Shown here: positions 11,898 to 24,100 of the stretch, piece by piece
Position numbering within the stretch: position 1 is the first letter of the stretch
Layout of the letters: every line of letters begins with the position of its first letter
Assembly (NCBI RefSeq): GCF_902652985.1
Contig: NC_047024.1
Location: 24,118,001-24,182,000 of the forward strand
Length of the DNA: 64,000 nucleotides
Origin: Pecten maximus
Lineage: Eukaryota
Direction: 5' to 3'
Position numbers and translations under genes: made by a program
The notes under the pieces: generated by a model
What the model saw: the letters and a program-made list of their open reading frames with translations, nothing else
Database searches by the model: none
Told to the model about the DNA's origin: nothing

Positions 11898-13903
11898 ATG
11901 AGGCGAGCACACATGGGTAAGAATCAGGATAATCTAGTGAAGTACTTCAAATTCAGACAGGAACTTGAAAGAAGGCGTTTACAATAATGTTCAAATATTT
12001 TGACAGTTTGTTGTAGATATTTATTACAACGATATATCCTTAGTTTACGAGCATTTTTTAATTCTGAATTATTTGTAATAGTTTATGTCACCAAGGTATT
12101 GTGTATTTTAGTTGTTTTTCATGTAATTATCTATCACAGGAAATGAGCAGCCATACAAACCAACAGCACAAATGTTGGAGGCAGAAAACCAAAATATGGA
12201 GGATCAGTTATCAAGCAAAGTGAAGGCTCTTAAGTCCGTAAGTAAAAAGTATTCACCATCATCTTATTCTTAATAAAACATCTAGACTATACACAGATGT
12301 AGTAGAACTAGATTGGGCTGAACACCCTGGTCATGGGTTCGAGTCCTAGTCAGATTGTTAGATTTTTCCTCTCCTGTTACATTTGGTGCCCAACAAAATA
12401 CCCACAGATGTGGTATAGGGTCTCATGTTTGTGTAAATGGGGTGTTTCAGTGTTGAAATAAAACAAACAACCACATGATGAGTTCATATTTAATTCAGGA
12501 TTTAATATATTGTCAACCAGACATGGAGAGATTAAAAAAACCCTGTAACAAATATAAATAAGATTGATTACAATTACGTAATAAACATTCACTACACACT
12601 CATACCTATAGATTAATGGGACATAACTCTTACAATACAGATATTATCATTTAATTCTGTTTGAATGACTTAATACAGTCACTTTGTAAATCAACATAAA
12701 TAGCATAGAAGTTATTGATCAATACTTACATACTTTTTAAATCAAATAAACATTAAATACAATTAATCATAAATATATTTACAAATGTATTGGCATAGGC
12801 ATGCCTGCATATGGCGCATAACCGACCAAAAGTCAGTAGCAATACAGCTCATTTACACACAGCCCACATCTAAAAGTAGTTATACAATTGCCATTTACTA
12901 TTTGGCAGAATACATGATTACACAGACTTTAAAATTCCTTTTACATATTTCAGATAGTTCTTTAAAACATTTGAAAAGTATGTATATAAATATTTCAAAT
13001 GAAATGACGTGTGTTCACGTTTAGCAAATCGCGAAGTAAACAATCATATTCATTTGTTTTTCTCGCAAAAATGATAGAAATGTGCGTTATATATTCAACA
13101 AATATGCAATTTGTAATATTACCATCTAAATTCTTATTATGACTGATTAAGATCAGAAATCTATCGGGATGTACTTGAAGTTCACTATCTATTACCACTA
13201 TTACCATAAAAATTTCATGTTTTATTTTAACAGCTTACAATTGATATGGGAAACGAAGTGAGAGAACAAAACAAGTTTTTATCTGAAATGGTAAGAAATG
13301 TTAAGATACTAAAGATCCAAGTTAATCAGCATTTAAGATATACCAATAGACAGTTTTACATAATATTATACAGGTTATGAAATGGAAAATGGAGTTATCA
13401 AATTTAGTCAACAAAGTTCAGTGCAATTTTCTTATTTCTTATTATCAAATTTATTGTCAGATATTACGGTACTTGACACTAAATACTTGCTAAGAAGTTT
13501 GAACATCACGATAAACAATTCCAACTACCGGGGTATTTGGAAAATCCAAATTAGGTCATCAGGCTGTTTATGGAGATACAGCTATAAGACTTAAATTTCT
13601 TTATTTGTTCAGTTAATCTTAATCTTCTGGTACTAGATAAAATGACAACAAAATATTTGTTTTAGGGAAGAAAAAGAAAGCGTGGAAACTTTTTCTCCAA
13701 TGTATGAGATAATGCTATTACTAATCTTGTTTTATTTTGATGATCAGGACGACGACTTCAATAAGAGCAGCGGATTGTTACAGTCAACGATGGGACGTTT
13801 AAAAGATATCGCAAGTAAAGGTGGTCCAAGGTTGTGGGGGTACATGTTTCTGTTTATTTTGTTTGTGCTGTTCGTGTGCTGGGTCATCATTCGATTCCGG
13901 TGA
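11898..13903 (+). CDS. BET1: BET1 homolog, ER-Golgi Qc-SNARE, 109 aa; join(11898..11916,12140..12237,13234..13290,13748..13903)
   Basis: The spliced product is MRRAHMGNEQPYKPTAQMLEAENQNMEDQLSSKVKALKSLTIDMGNEVREQNKFLSEMDDDFNKSSGLLQSTMGRLKDIASKGGPRLWGYMFLFILFVLFVCWVIIRFR. It has a SNARE coiled coil plus C-terminal TM anchor and closely resembles animal BET1 (MRRA...ENE...SKV..IKSL.I.IG.EVK.QNKLL.EMD). All introns are GT-AG and in phase. Confidence 0.95.
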
Positions 13904-16900
13904 TGTCAGTCTTCATTAGAAGTTCTACAGTTCAGAATGAAACATAACTGATGCGTAAATTCCTCTCATGTTGAGCACCACACAGAAGAGTTTGAGTGGA
14001 GAAAGTCCATAATATTTCTGATTTTCTTTAGTGATAATCTTGTAGTTACCTCCCTTCCCACAATTGTCAACATTTTTGAAATAAATTCCCAATCTTTGTC
14101 ATTGCTTAGTGAATAACGTAAATTGTTTTATTTTTGTGAGAGATTTGTTATTGCAGTATGAATAATTTGTGATGAAACTTGTTTAGGAGTTTAAATTTTC
14201 AGTGAATACTGAATACTGAATTGAATATAATTCCAAAAATTCTTAGCAGACATATTGACTAATTGAACACCAGGCAAAGAACACAGAAGATTAAAATGAT
14301 TTGAAGTTTGTAAATTTTGGATCTATAACTGCTGTTGTGTAACCTGGTTGAAATGATTCGAGTTGCACCAAAATATTCCGATGCAATTGTATAGGATATT
14401 GGTTCTGTAGTAGGAAGTGGCAATCCTGAGGAAGAGCTTAAAATATAGTTTTCTGTCATAGGAAAATTCATTTAACTAAATATTAAATATTTTTCTTTTT
14501 CATACTTTCTGTCAGAATGTTACAAACATTTCCAGTAAATATGTATTTGTACTAACACTTGTTTATGGACAAAATTTTGAAAAATAGAGATAATGACAAG
14601 CAGAGGCATTTGTTTTTAGACAGGCAGCTACCAGGTAGTCCCTTCAGTCTGCACATGCTGAACAATAAGTGGACAAACCATGGCCCCAAGATGTGCCTGT
14701 TTATATTTCAGATTCAGTCAATTCAACCAGTTACACAAAAACAGCCTTTATGAACATGTCATGGGAGACAACTCTTTTTAGTCTTTAAAATAGTTAAGAA
14801 AGAAAAGTCTCTCTTTCTAAAAAGAAAAAATGAAGAAATAAATAAATAAAATACTTTAAAGTTTGTTCTGGTGCCATAAATGTTATTGATTTAATAAGCA
14901 GTATTATGCTTTGTGCTGTTGAAACATGACATGTACATCTATTTTTTATGGTCAGTTATTTTTATTGAGAGTTAAAGCTTTACTATTTAAGGAAAGAGAA
15001 AAGAGGATTTGAATACTAAGTAGTATTGTTCTATGTGATTTTGCATGAAATGTATGATTTAAAGGTTTATCAAAGACTTCAGAGATTATGCATGTAAATA
15101 ATGGGTTAAAAAATCAGCAAATTTAACTACAATGTTGTATTGAAGGCAGAGAAGACTCATTGAAATATGAATATCTCTGAACGGCAAAATCTGATAAAGA
15201 TGGAAACAAAATAAGCTTGATGACATTGTGAACTAATTGTAAACTATTTTCTTAACACATTTTTACTAATTTCAGTACAATCAGCACTTTCATCTGTGTG
15301 TGGTGCTACTATTGTTAACAATGTTTCCTATACTACTGGGATTGGTCATTAATTAGCCCAGTCCTTCTTGTTGAGAGTGACACCAGACTTCCACCTTTTG
15401 TTACCAGATTGATACCTTACTCTTACTAAGTGATAAGGTATGGTTGTAACTTGGAAGGTTTATGGCATACAGGGACTTGAGTAAGGCTGTGTAGGAGTGG
15501 CTGTTTTGTATGGGTGATTGTTGTTGGTTGATTGCCTTAGTAGTGATATCTAAGGATGATGGATTAGAGAATGGATTGATAATGTTTGGATATTTGTATT
15601 TGGTAGTGATAGGTTGATGGAGTTATGTTGATGAGTACAATATATCTAACAGTAAGCCCATGCCTAGCAATAATCTGACCCATAGATACTGCAGTTCAGT
15701 AAAAATGCTTACAAAAATTATTTCGTTTTTTTCCCCAGCTATAAACCATCTCTTGTCCAAATGTTAGGCCCCATTGGCTTTTGTAGACAAAGTAAAAGTT
15801 TGAGATTGGTAGGTGAGTTGAGGGATGGAGGTGGGTGAGTGAAGATGGGGTGTTTGGGATGGGTAGAAGAATGGAGTGATTGAGATGGGTGGGTAAAGAT
15901 GGGTGTTTTCGGTGGAGTAGTTGATTGAGGATGGATGAGAGTGGGTGGGCAGGAATAATTCTTGTGTTCTTGGAAGAGAGGTTGAGGAATGAGGATGGAT
16001 GAGTATTTTATTTTTATGACAGAAGATGTGCATGCTTAAAATTGTGTCTGCAACTGTGTGTGACTTAAAATATGTTGTTAAGTTTTAAATAAAAACACTA
16101 CAGTCATACCTGTTTCTCCTGTTATAATTAATAGGGAAGGTGTCTACATGGCTCAATCTCAGATAATGGCGATGGAAAGTTAAACCATTTTAAAACAGAA
16201 TATTTTGAGGAATAAATAAGGGTTTTGGGGTAAAGGAGAAATAAGAATTTTTACTAATATAGTGATTAAGCGATCACTTTTTGACAACTGAATCAGGAAT
16301 TCTAATCCTGAATCAAAACATGGAAAGAAATTAATGTAAACTCAAGCTTGTTTTCCATTTAACTGCATCGTACAGCAATGCTATTATTCATCAGTGATGT
16401 TACTGGCCTTAAAGTGTTGATACATTGAAGATGATGGATGAAACTCCAAAAAAAGGTCGTGAGTCTACCACGGAGGAGGACGTGAGAGTTGGCAGCCCTG
16501 AGTACATGTATATAATAAGACCCTTGTCACTATTGAAATCATTGAGTTTTGAAAAAAAGTTTACTTTGTTACGAACAACTTAATTTCAGATAGAAATATC
16601 CACACCTTTAACTTTTGTAAATACTGAGGGGAATCTCCTAGGGAAATAAAAGAGTATAGCGATACCTGACTGAAACAGTACTTCTAACTCAAAATCGATA
16701 AAATAATGAGTGGTTTATGATCGTAATATTGATTTACACAGACACAATTGAAACGAAAGTTTGAAATTAAAAGAAGCAAAATATAATTAAGAATTCCTTT
16801 TTATGTGAAATTACACACAAACGTCAATATAATGCTCTAGGTTTGCTGTTTATTACCTAGAAATCTCCGAAACCCAGCCTCAGTACCAACACACATACAT

Positions 16901-17362
16901 ATATATATATATACAATGTATATGTAATAATGAAAATAAAAGTGCCTCCATTTTCAGAAGTAAATACCAATGTCTATCAGAGATTTATACACATGTATAT
17001 CATATGTGATATATAAACATCTCTGTGTCTATGCACTCTGCTAGTGGTTTGCAAATAGTTCTCATTGCAGAAACCATAACCTATTCAGTTCATCTCATAT
17101 CGCTAAAGTGATGAATTCTGCTCGATATATATTCGCCCGCAACAAGAAAACAATTTCAAATTTGCTATTAGTACATCTACATTAAAATTTTAGTACGAGA
17201 GCTCGTGAAACTTTAGATCCGTGTTTCATCTAAATGACGATTTTTGAATTGTCTCCCCTACAGTGAGAGATGACACTTATTTCAAACTCCACACATCCCT
17301 TTTAAATCACAGTGATATGTACAAAGTTAACAACAGAAATAGAACCACTGTATGTGAATATG

Positions 17363-17435
17363 TAGCCCGAGTTTCTTCTGGCCCTGACACCATGTCTGTT
17401 GGACATTGTGTCAGCGCCAGAGGAAACTCGGGCTA
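17363..17435. mobile_element. 73-bp palindromic mini-insertion with 9-bp TSD
   Basis: Imperfect hairpin TAGCCCGAGTTTC...GAAACTCGGGCTA, with GTGAATATG duplicated at 17354-17362 and 17436-17444. Confidence 0.85.
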
Positions 17436-18140
17436 GTGAATATGTATTACACTACGAAAATAAAAGACATCTAAGTGATCCCACTTTGCATATCCCCATG
17501 ACTGGATGTTTATTACAATCAAAGTTTTCGATACACGTATGTATATTTTTGATATTATCAAGTTAGTTTACTTTTAGCTGACTCTAAATAGTCCAATGGA
17601 AGGTAACTGCTTTTAATATGTAATTATGTAATTGAAACGGCCAAGAACGCGCATCGGCACATAGTAATGAACACAGAAACATAAAAAAGACTTCGAAAAG
17701 ATTAAGGATTCGTACTGTGGATTGCCGTCAGTTTATTTTACATCAACCATGCATCAAAGGGAAATCACCAGGTCGATCGATTATAATGAATGCTGAATGT
17801 ATCAACAACACTGATTGGTTGGTAATAAACGTATCGTCCTAAATGGTTGGTCTATAATGAATGTAGCATCTCGCCACTGGTTAAAAATGGATATATCCTC
17901 GCCACCGGTTGGTCTATAATGGATATTTCGTCGCCACTCATTGGTCTTTAATGAATGTATTGTTGACCTAAAATGATTGTGTCCTCGTCGCCTGCCGTTT
18001 GGAATTCGACAAACCTCGGCAGATTCCGGTACCCTATATCTGGTCCATAATTTCGTATCATTGTTGTCACTAGTCGGTCCATTATGGATGTATCGCTGTC
18101 TTTGATTGGTCTGCCATAATTTTTTTGACATCACCGGAAA

Positions 18141-21100
18141 TCACATCCGTCTTGTAATCCAGGCCCTATTGTAGGATATTCGGCTATATACAGATGGTCC
18201 ATCCAAACAATCGAGATTTCCCCATGAAGTTATTCCAACCTGTACCCATCTTCCAGGTTTGATCTCGCACTGCAAAGGACCGCCACTATCACCCTGAAAG
18301 TCAAAGCCAAATGCTTAGCACTATATAACTTTATAGGATTTCTGATCAAAATTATAAAAAAAAATCTAGATTATTTGAGATTTCGATCAGGATGAAAAAT
18401 AATATAAATGGTTGTTATCTGGATGACACTAGCCATGCATTCTATTACGAGTCTCTGGTATAAAACAAGACATAAAAACGTATACTTCGATGGATAAATA
18501 ATTCGAAGATAAATAACTTCTATATATTATTAGATACTTTTTGTTAGTATTTGTACAGTGTAGATTCATATGAAAAGAACAGAAAGTATACGATGGGCCT
18601 TTTGACTTCCCACGATAACTGACTTACGTAGCACGTGGCTCTATCGGGATCCTCTGTACATATCATATCGTCTGTAATCCTGCCTCTAATGCCCTTCTGA
18701 CACTCCTCGTTAGTTATAACGGATACTGCCGTCTGTTGGAGAATGGTGGCGGAACTAGTTTTGTCTGTAAATAATACCAACCACCACCATTTGACTTTAC
18801 ATTTCGTTGGATTAGTTACATTACAAATATAATTTGAGGTATTTCCTATGTTCGACTGTAGACATGTGCTCTTGAAAACCTCCAATGCAATATTTTCAGA
18901 AATATCTTTTGACGAACATTATTGTAAATTGATTAATTAATATTAACTGCACAAAGTTATGAAAAAGAGTAAAAGGAAACAACAACATGAAAAGTCGAAA
19001 AACATTTTGGAATCAAAAGGAACAGCAGCATTGAGAATCAAAGGGAACACGAGCAATGCGAGTCAAAAGGAACACGAGCAATGCGAGTCAAAGGGAACAC
19101 GAGCAATGCGAGTCAAAAGGAACACGAGCAATGCGAGTCAAAGGGAACACGAGCAATAAGAGTCAAAGGGAACACGAGCAATAAGAGTCAAAGGGAACAC
19201 GAGCAATAAGAGTCAAAGGGAACACGAGCAATAAGAGTCGAAAGAGAACAACAACGTTGTTAAGAGCCAACGGGAGCTTCAGTGTACAAGTCAAACGGAA
19301 CAACGACCTAGATAGGCAAAATAAGCACATTAATTATCAAAGTGATGAGGTACATATTACTATACGTACCATCTTTATCGCGCATGCCCCATCCTGTGAT
19401 ATAGCATTTCGACTGTGATATATCCATGGATTTCTTTGCTAATTCGATAGGTTGGATGTAGGTTCCAAACTGAACTGGCGTTAGGAGTTTAAGAATGGCA
19501 ACGTCATTGATTAAAGTTGTTCGATTATAATCACGATGCTGAAATACAGTAAAAAGGGTAAAACATATTGATTTTACAACAATCGCAAAATAACTTATCT
19601 TAATCACGCTTGTTGGCCCGGATGGTAGCGCACGAGAGATTTTTCTGTCTGAAGAAACGGGAGTAAATGGAGAAAACTCATGGATGGGCAGGTGGCCCCC
19701 ATGGCCCCCATACCTTTTCACGGGAATCGAACCCCGATCGCCTAGATGAAAGGTATGTGCGTTACAACTGTTCCACCGACCACCCAAATGAGTTTTACGG
19801 GAATAGTAAGGTAATCGAGTAGCTCCAAAAATAATAGCAATAACTGTGAATACAATTTTCAGAATAAAAAATATTTTGTGCAAATTTAGTCTACGAATAT
19901 AATATTATTATTATATGTTTTACATACACTATTGTTAAATAGTGATATTCAGAAGGTTGTGCTACTGATTAAAATACGGAGAATTTGGAATACGCTTTGC
20001 TCAGTGGAAGCATCTCTATGTAGAACCAGTTTACGATACCATGTCAATGTTATGAGATGGCTACGATCATTATACTTACGATACGTATTTTCTTCACTTT
20101 GATTTTCTGTTCATTTCTGTGTGGCTCGGCCTCTTGCCTGTTATAATCCCCCGCAAGTACTCGGAATCTCTGTGCTCTATCGAAAAATTGAAAAAAAAAC
20201 ATGATATATTTCATCTTCTGTCATAAAATAGGATTGGATGTTTGTTCAATAATTCTTACAGTCTCAAGTTTATATCTTGGTGATTTGACAAAAAAGCACA
20301 CGCAAAGAATACAACACGACCACACGCATCATTAGAACATGTCTGGTGTCTAGATCTTTAAATCACCAGACTCATCATAACAACATGTCTAGTGTCTAGA
20401 TTTCTAAACCAATAGACGCATAATAACAACCTGTCTGGTGTCTAGATTTCTAAATCAATAGACAGCATGGGTATGCTGTCATTGTCATTAAGCCTGTGGT
20501 TTTAGTTGCCACATTCTAACGTTTAACTGAAGCAGTGATTCAAACTCAAATTTGGGAAACTAGGACATGTTTTGCACAAAGCACAAAAACCATTAACGAA
20601 GTACAAGGTGAAGAAAGCCCGGCACTCCGGAAGCGTAAGCGTCTTGTTCATGATCTTTATCAGCCATTTTTATGTCTCAGTCATATTTCAATGTGTACCT
20701 AACTTACTGTCGAGGGACTCTAAGGAACAATTCAACGAGATAAGACTTGACTAATAGAATTGAGTATATAATGCCAAGCATTGATTACTGTAAATGTGTA
20801 AGTTTTAGCGGTTATCTTATTTTCGCGCTTTTAGCGGTGGAAGCATCCCGCTAAATTACGATTGCGCTAATTGCACGCTCTATAAACTGTTTATATATCA
20901 AATAACTTTGGTACGCCAATTCAGCAATGCTCTAATCTGTTAAATATGGAAATGCACTAAAATGAGTACGCCAAACAAAGCACGTTTAGGCGCTACTTAC
21001 AACCGGAAACCAGGGTGAAGTCTGATTTGCATATTTGTTACTGTGAAACTTAAAATAAATTATAAAACAATATTCAGAAGAACAGGTCCGAAGTTACATA

Positions 21101-24100
21101 TGCGCATAGAGTACAAAATTCACTATTGGAATTTTCCCCACTCCATGACAGTTGGTAAAATGCAGAAATGAATCAATACTTTTAAGGAAATCGTTTGCTT
21201 TCAAACGTTAGGTGAACGTTACTATACGTATGCTTATGAATGTTATTGAATATAATGAAACAAAGCTTTCTGAACGCAGATAGACACAGAAATCTATTTT
21301 TCAAATGTACAGATTTCGATAGTATATATGTACCCTTTGTCTGATCTTCGATGAAAGTAAATTAATGTATTTTTAAATCATTAGGTTTGCACACCAACGC
21401 TGTCACGAATGTTTTGCCTTATTATATCAAGGCTGCTTAATAGTGGGATTAACGTCTCCAAACGACACCAAGTGTGGTTTTCCTGGCTTGCCTGGGTTGT
21501 CACATGAATACAGTTCCCTGGTAGTTAAGCTTCTGAACTCTGACTCCTATCTGAGAGAGTGTCATGGGCTCGGCTATACCCAGAACAGGACATTAATCCT
21601 CATCAATCAACCCCTATCTGAGTATAATAATAAATCGTTATAATTCCAACTTTTAACTTAACTCTAGAACACATGTCGTGCTATGTTATAACCACCGGTA
21701 CAGTTGAAGGATTCATTTTATATTAAATTCAATTCGACTTTATTGGAACTTTTATAACTACAACTGTATTTTTACATATAAATGAATTTTACCTACACAT
21801 ACCGTCATGAAAACATCGCCCATTGTCGCAATGATCATCCCAAAACGTCGTGTTACGGTAACGCGACTTAAATACAAGGTTGATCTCAGGTCTTTGGTCT
21901 TGATTTCTTTCTTTTATAGTCCTTCCCACAGAAAAGGTATTGCTTTGCCCAATGGACCATGGTTATGTACGTATGGTTATTGAACACATATTCGGACATT
22001 ATGTAAACATGTTCCAAGCGTGCAAAATAAGGTGAAGTAAATCACAAATTATCATTCCATATGCTGCACAAGGCTCGTCGTTTCAAGAAAACAGGGCAAT
22101 GTAACTATTCGGACATCGTTAAATGACGGACTTAAAATATCCAAACACTTAACTGTATATCATAATACGGTACTCATGCACCCCTCATTTCATTTCTCTG
22201 CATACACATACAAAATAACTTGGCTACGCGCATGACTTTTACAGTAATTGACGTCATATGCCGTGCTATATAAAACCAGAAATAAGCATATTTGTGAATA
22301 AATTTTTCATATCACTACTTACTGACAATATTATCTCGAACAGAAAATAATTCGTGAAATAAGATATTGTCATATTTTTATTTCGAACTTGTGTGTGTTA
22401 TATATCTTCGTATGAAGACATATATTACTCTTATCCAATGTGAATTTTCTGTGATGTTAACCTACCGTGGTTTGAAGATGCAGTGCGCCGCAGTGAGCAC
22501 GGTGTCTTCATTGAGCAGTGTTCCTCCACACATAAATCTACCCCTCAACCTGTCTGGTGTCTAGATTTCTACACCAACAGACACATCATAACAACCTGTC
22601 TGGTGTCTAGATTTCTACACCAAAAGACACATCATAACAACCTGTCTGGTGTCTAGAGCATCATAACAACCTGTCTGGTGTCTAGAGCATCATAACAACC
22701 TGTCTGGTGTCTATATTTCTAAACCAACAGACACATCATAACAACCTGTCTGGTGTCTAGATTTCTAAACCAACAGACACATCATAACAACCTGTCTGGT
22801 GTCTAGATTTCTAAACCAACAGACACATCATAACAACCTGTCTGGTGTCTAGAGCATCATAACAACCTGTCTGGTGTCTAGAGCATCATAACAACCTGTC
22901 TGGTGTCTATATTTCTAAACCAACAGACACATCATAACAACCTGTCTGGTGTCTATATTTCTAAACCAACAGACACATCATAACAACCTGTCTGGTGTCT
23001 AGATTTCTAAACCAACAGACACATCATAACAACCTGTCTGGTGTCTAGATTTCTACACCAACAGACACATCATAACAACCTGTCTGGTGTCTAGATTTCT
23101 ACACCAACAGACACATCATAACAACCTGTCTGGTGTCTAGATTTCTAAACCAACAGACACATCATAACAACCTGTCTGGTGTCTAGAGTATCATAACAAC
23201 CTGTCTGGTGTCTAGATTTCTAAACCAACAGACACATCATAACAACCTGTCTGGTGTCTAGATTTCTAAACCAACAGACACATCATAACAACCTGTCTGG
23301 TGTCTAGATTTCTACACCAAAAGACACATCATAACAACCTGTCTGGTGTCTAGAGCATCATAACAACCTGTCTGGTGTCTAGAGCATCATAACAACCTGT
23401 CTGGTGTCTATATTTCTAAACCAACAGACACATCATAACAACCTGTCTGGTGTCTAGAGCATCATAACAACCTGTCTGGTGTCTAGAGCATCATAACAAC
23501 CTGTCTGGTGTCTATATTTCTAAACCAATAGACAGCATGGGTATGCTGTCATTCTATGGTATCGGCGGAAACCTTGATAGGAGGATTATGTCCTTGAGCC
23601 TGTGGTTTTAGTTGCCACATTTTAACGTTTAACTGAAGCAGTGATTCAAACTCAAATTCGGGAAACTAGGACACATTTTGCACAAAACATAAAAACCATT
23701 AACGAAGTGCAAGGTGAAGAAAGCCCTGCATTCCGGAAGCGTAAACGTCCTTATCGGCCATTTTTATGTCTCGGTCATATTTCAATGTCTACCGAACTTA
23801 CTGTCGAGAGACTCTAGGAACAATTCAACGATACAAGGCTTGTCTAATAAAATAGAGTATATAATGCCAACCATTGATTACTGTAAATGTGTAAATTTTA
23901 GCGGTGGAAACATCCCGCTAAATTACGATAGCGCTAATTGCACGCTCTATAAACTGTTTATATATTAAATAACTTTGGTACGCCAATTCAGCAATGCTCT
24001 TATCTGTTGAAATATGGAAATGCACTAAAATTTGAGTACGCCAAATAAAGCACTTTCAGGCGCGTAGCTGCCTATATGCAAGTACGCAGTTGCGTACAAA

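Noticed and set aside
12300-12400. tRNA gene (GGTTCGAGTCC B box) in BET1 intron 2
   Set aside because: No cloverleaf can be drawn; more likely a decayed SINE head.
18959-19159. ORF with NASQKEHEQ repeats
   Set aside because: Translation of the intronic 25-bp minisatellite.
21446-21599. Possible structured ncRNA closed by GGATTAACGTC/GACATTAATCC
   Set aside because: No recognisable family motifs, and the closing arm is missing in the duplicate copy; probably a repeat fragment.
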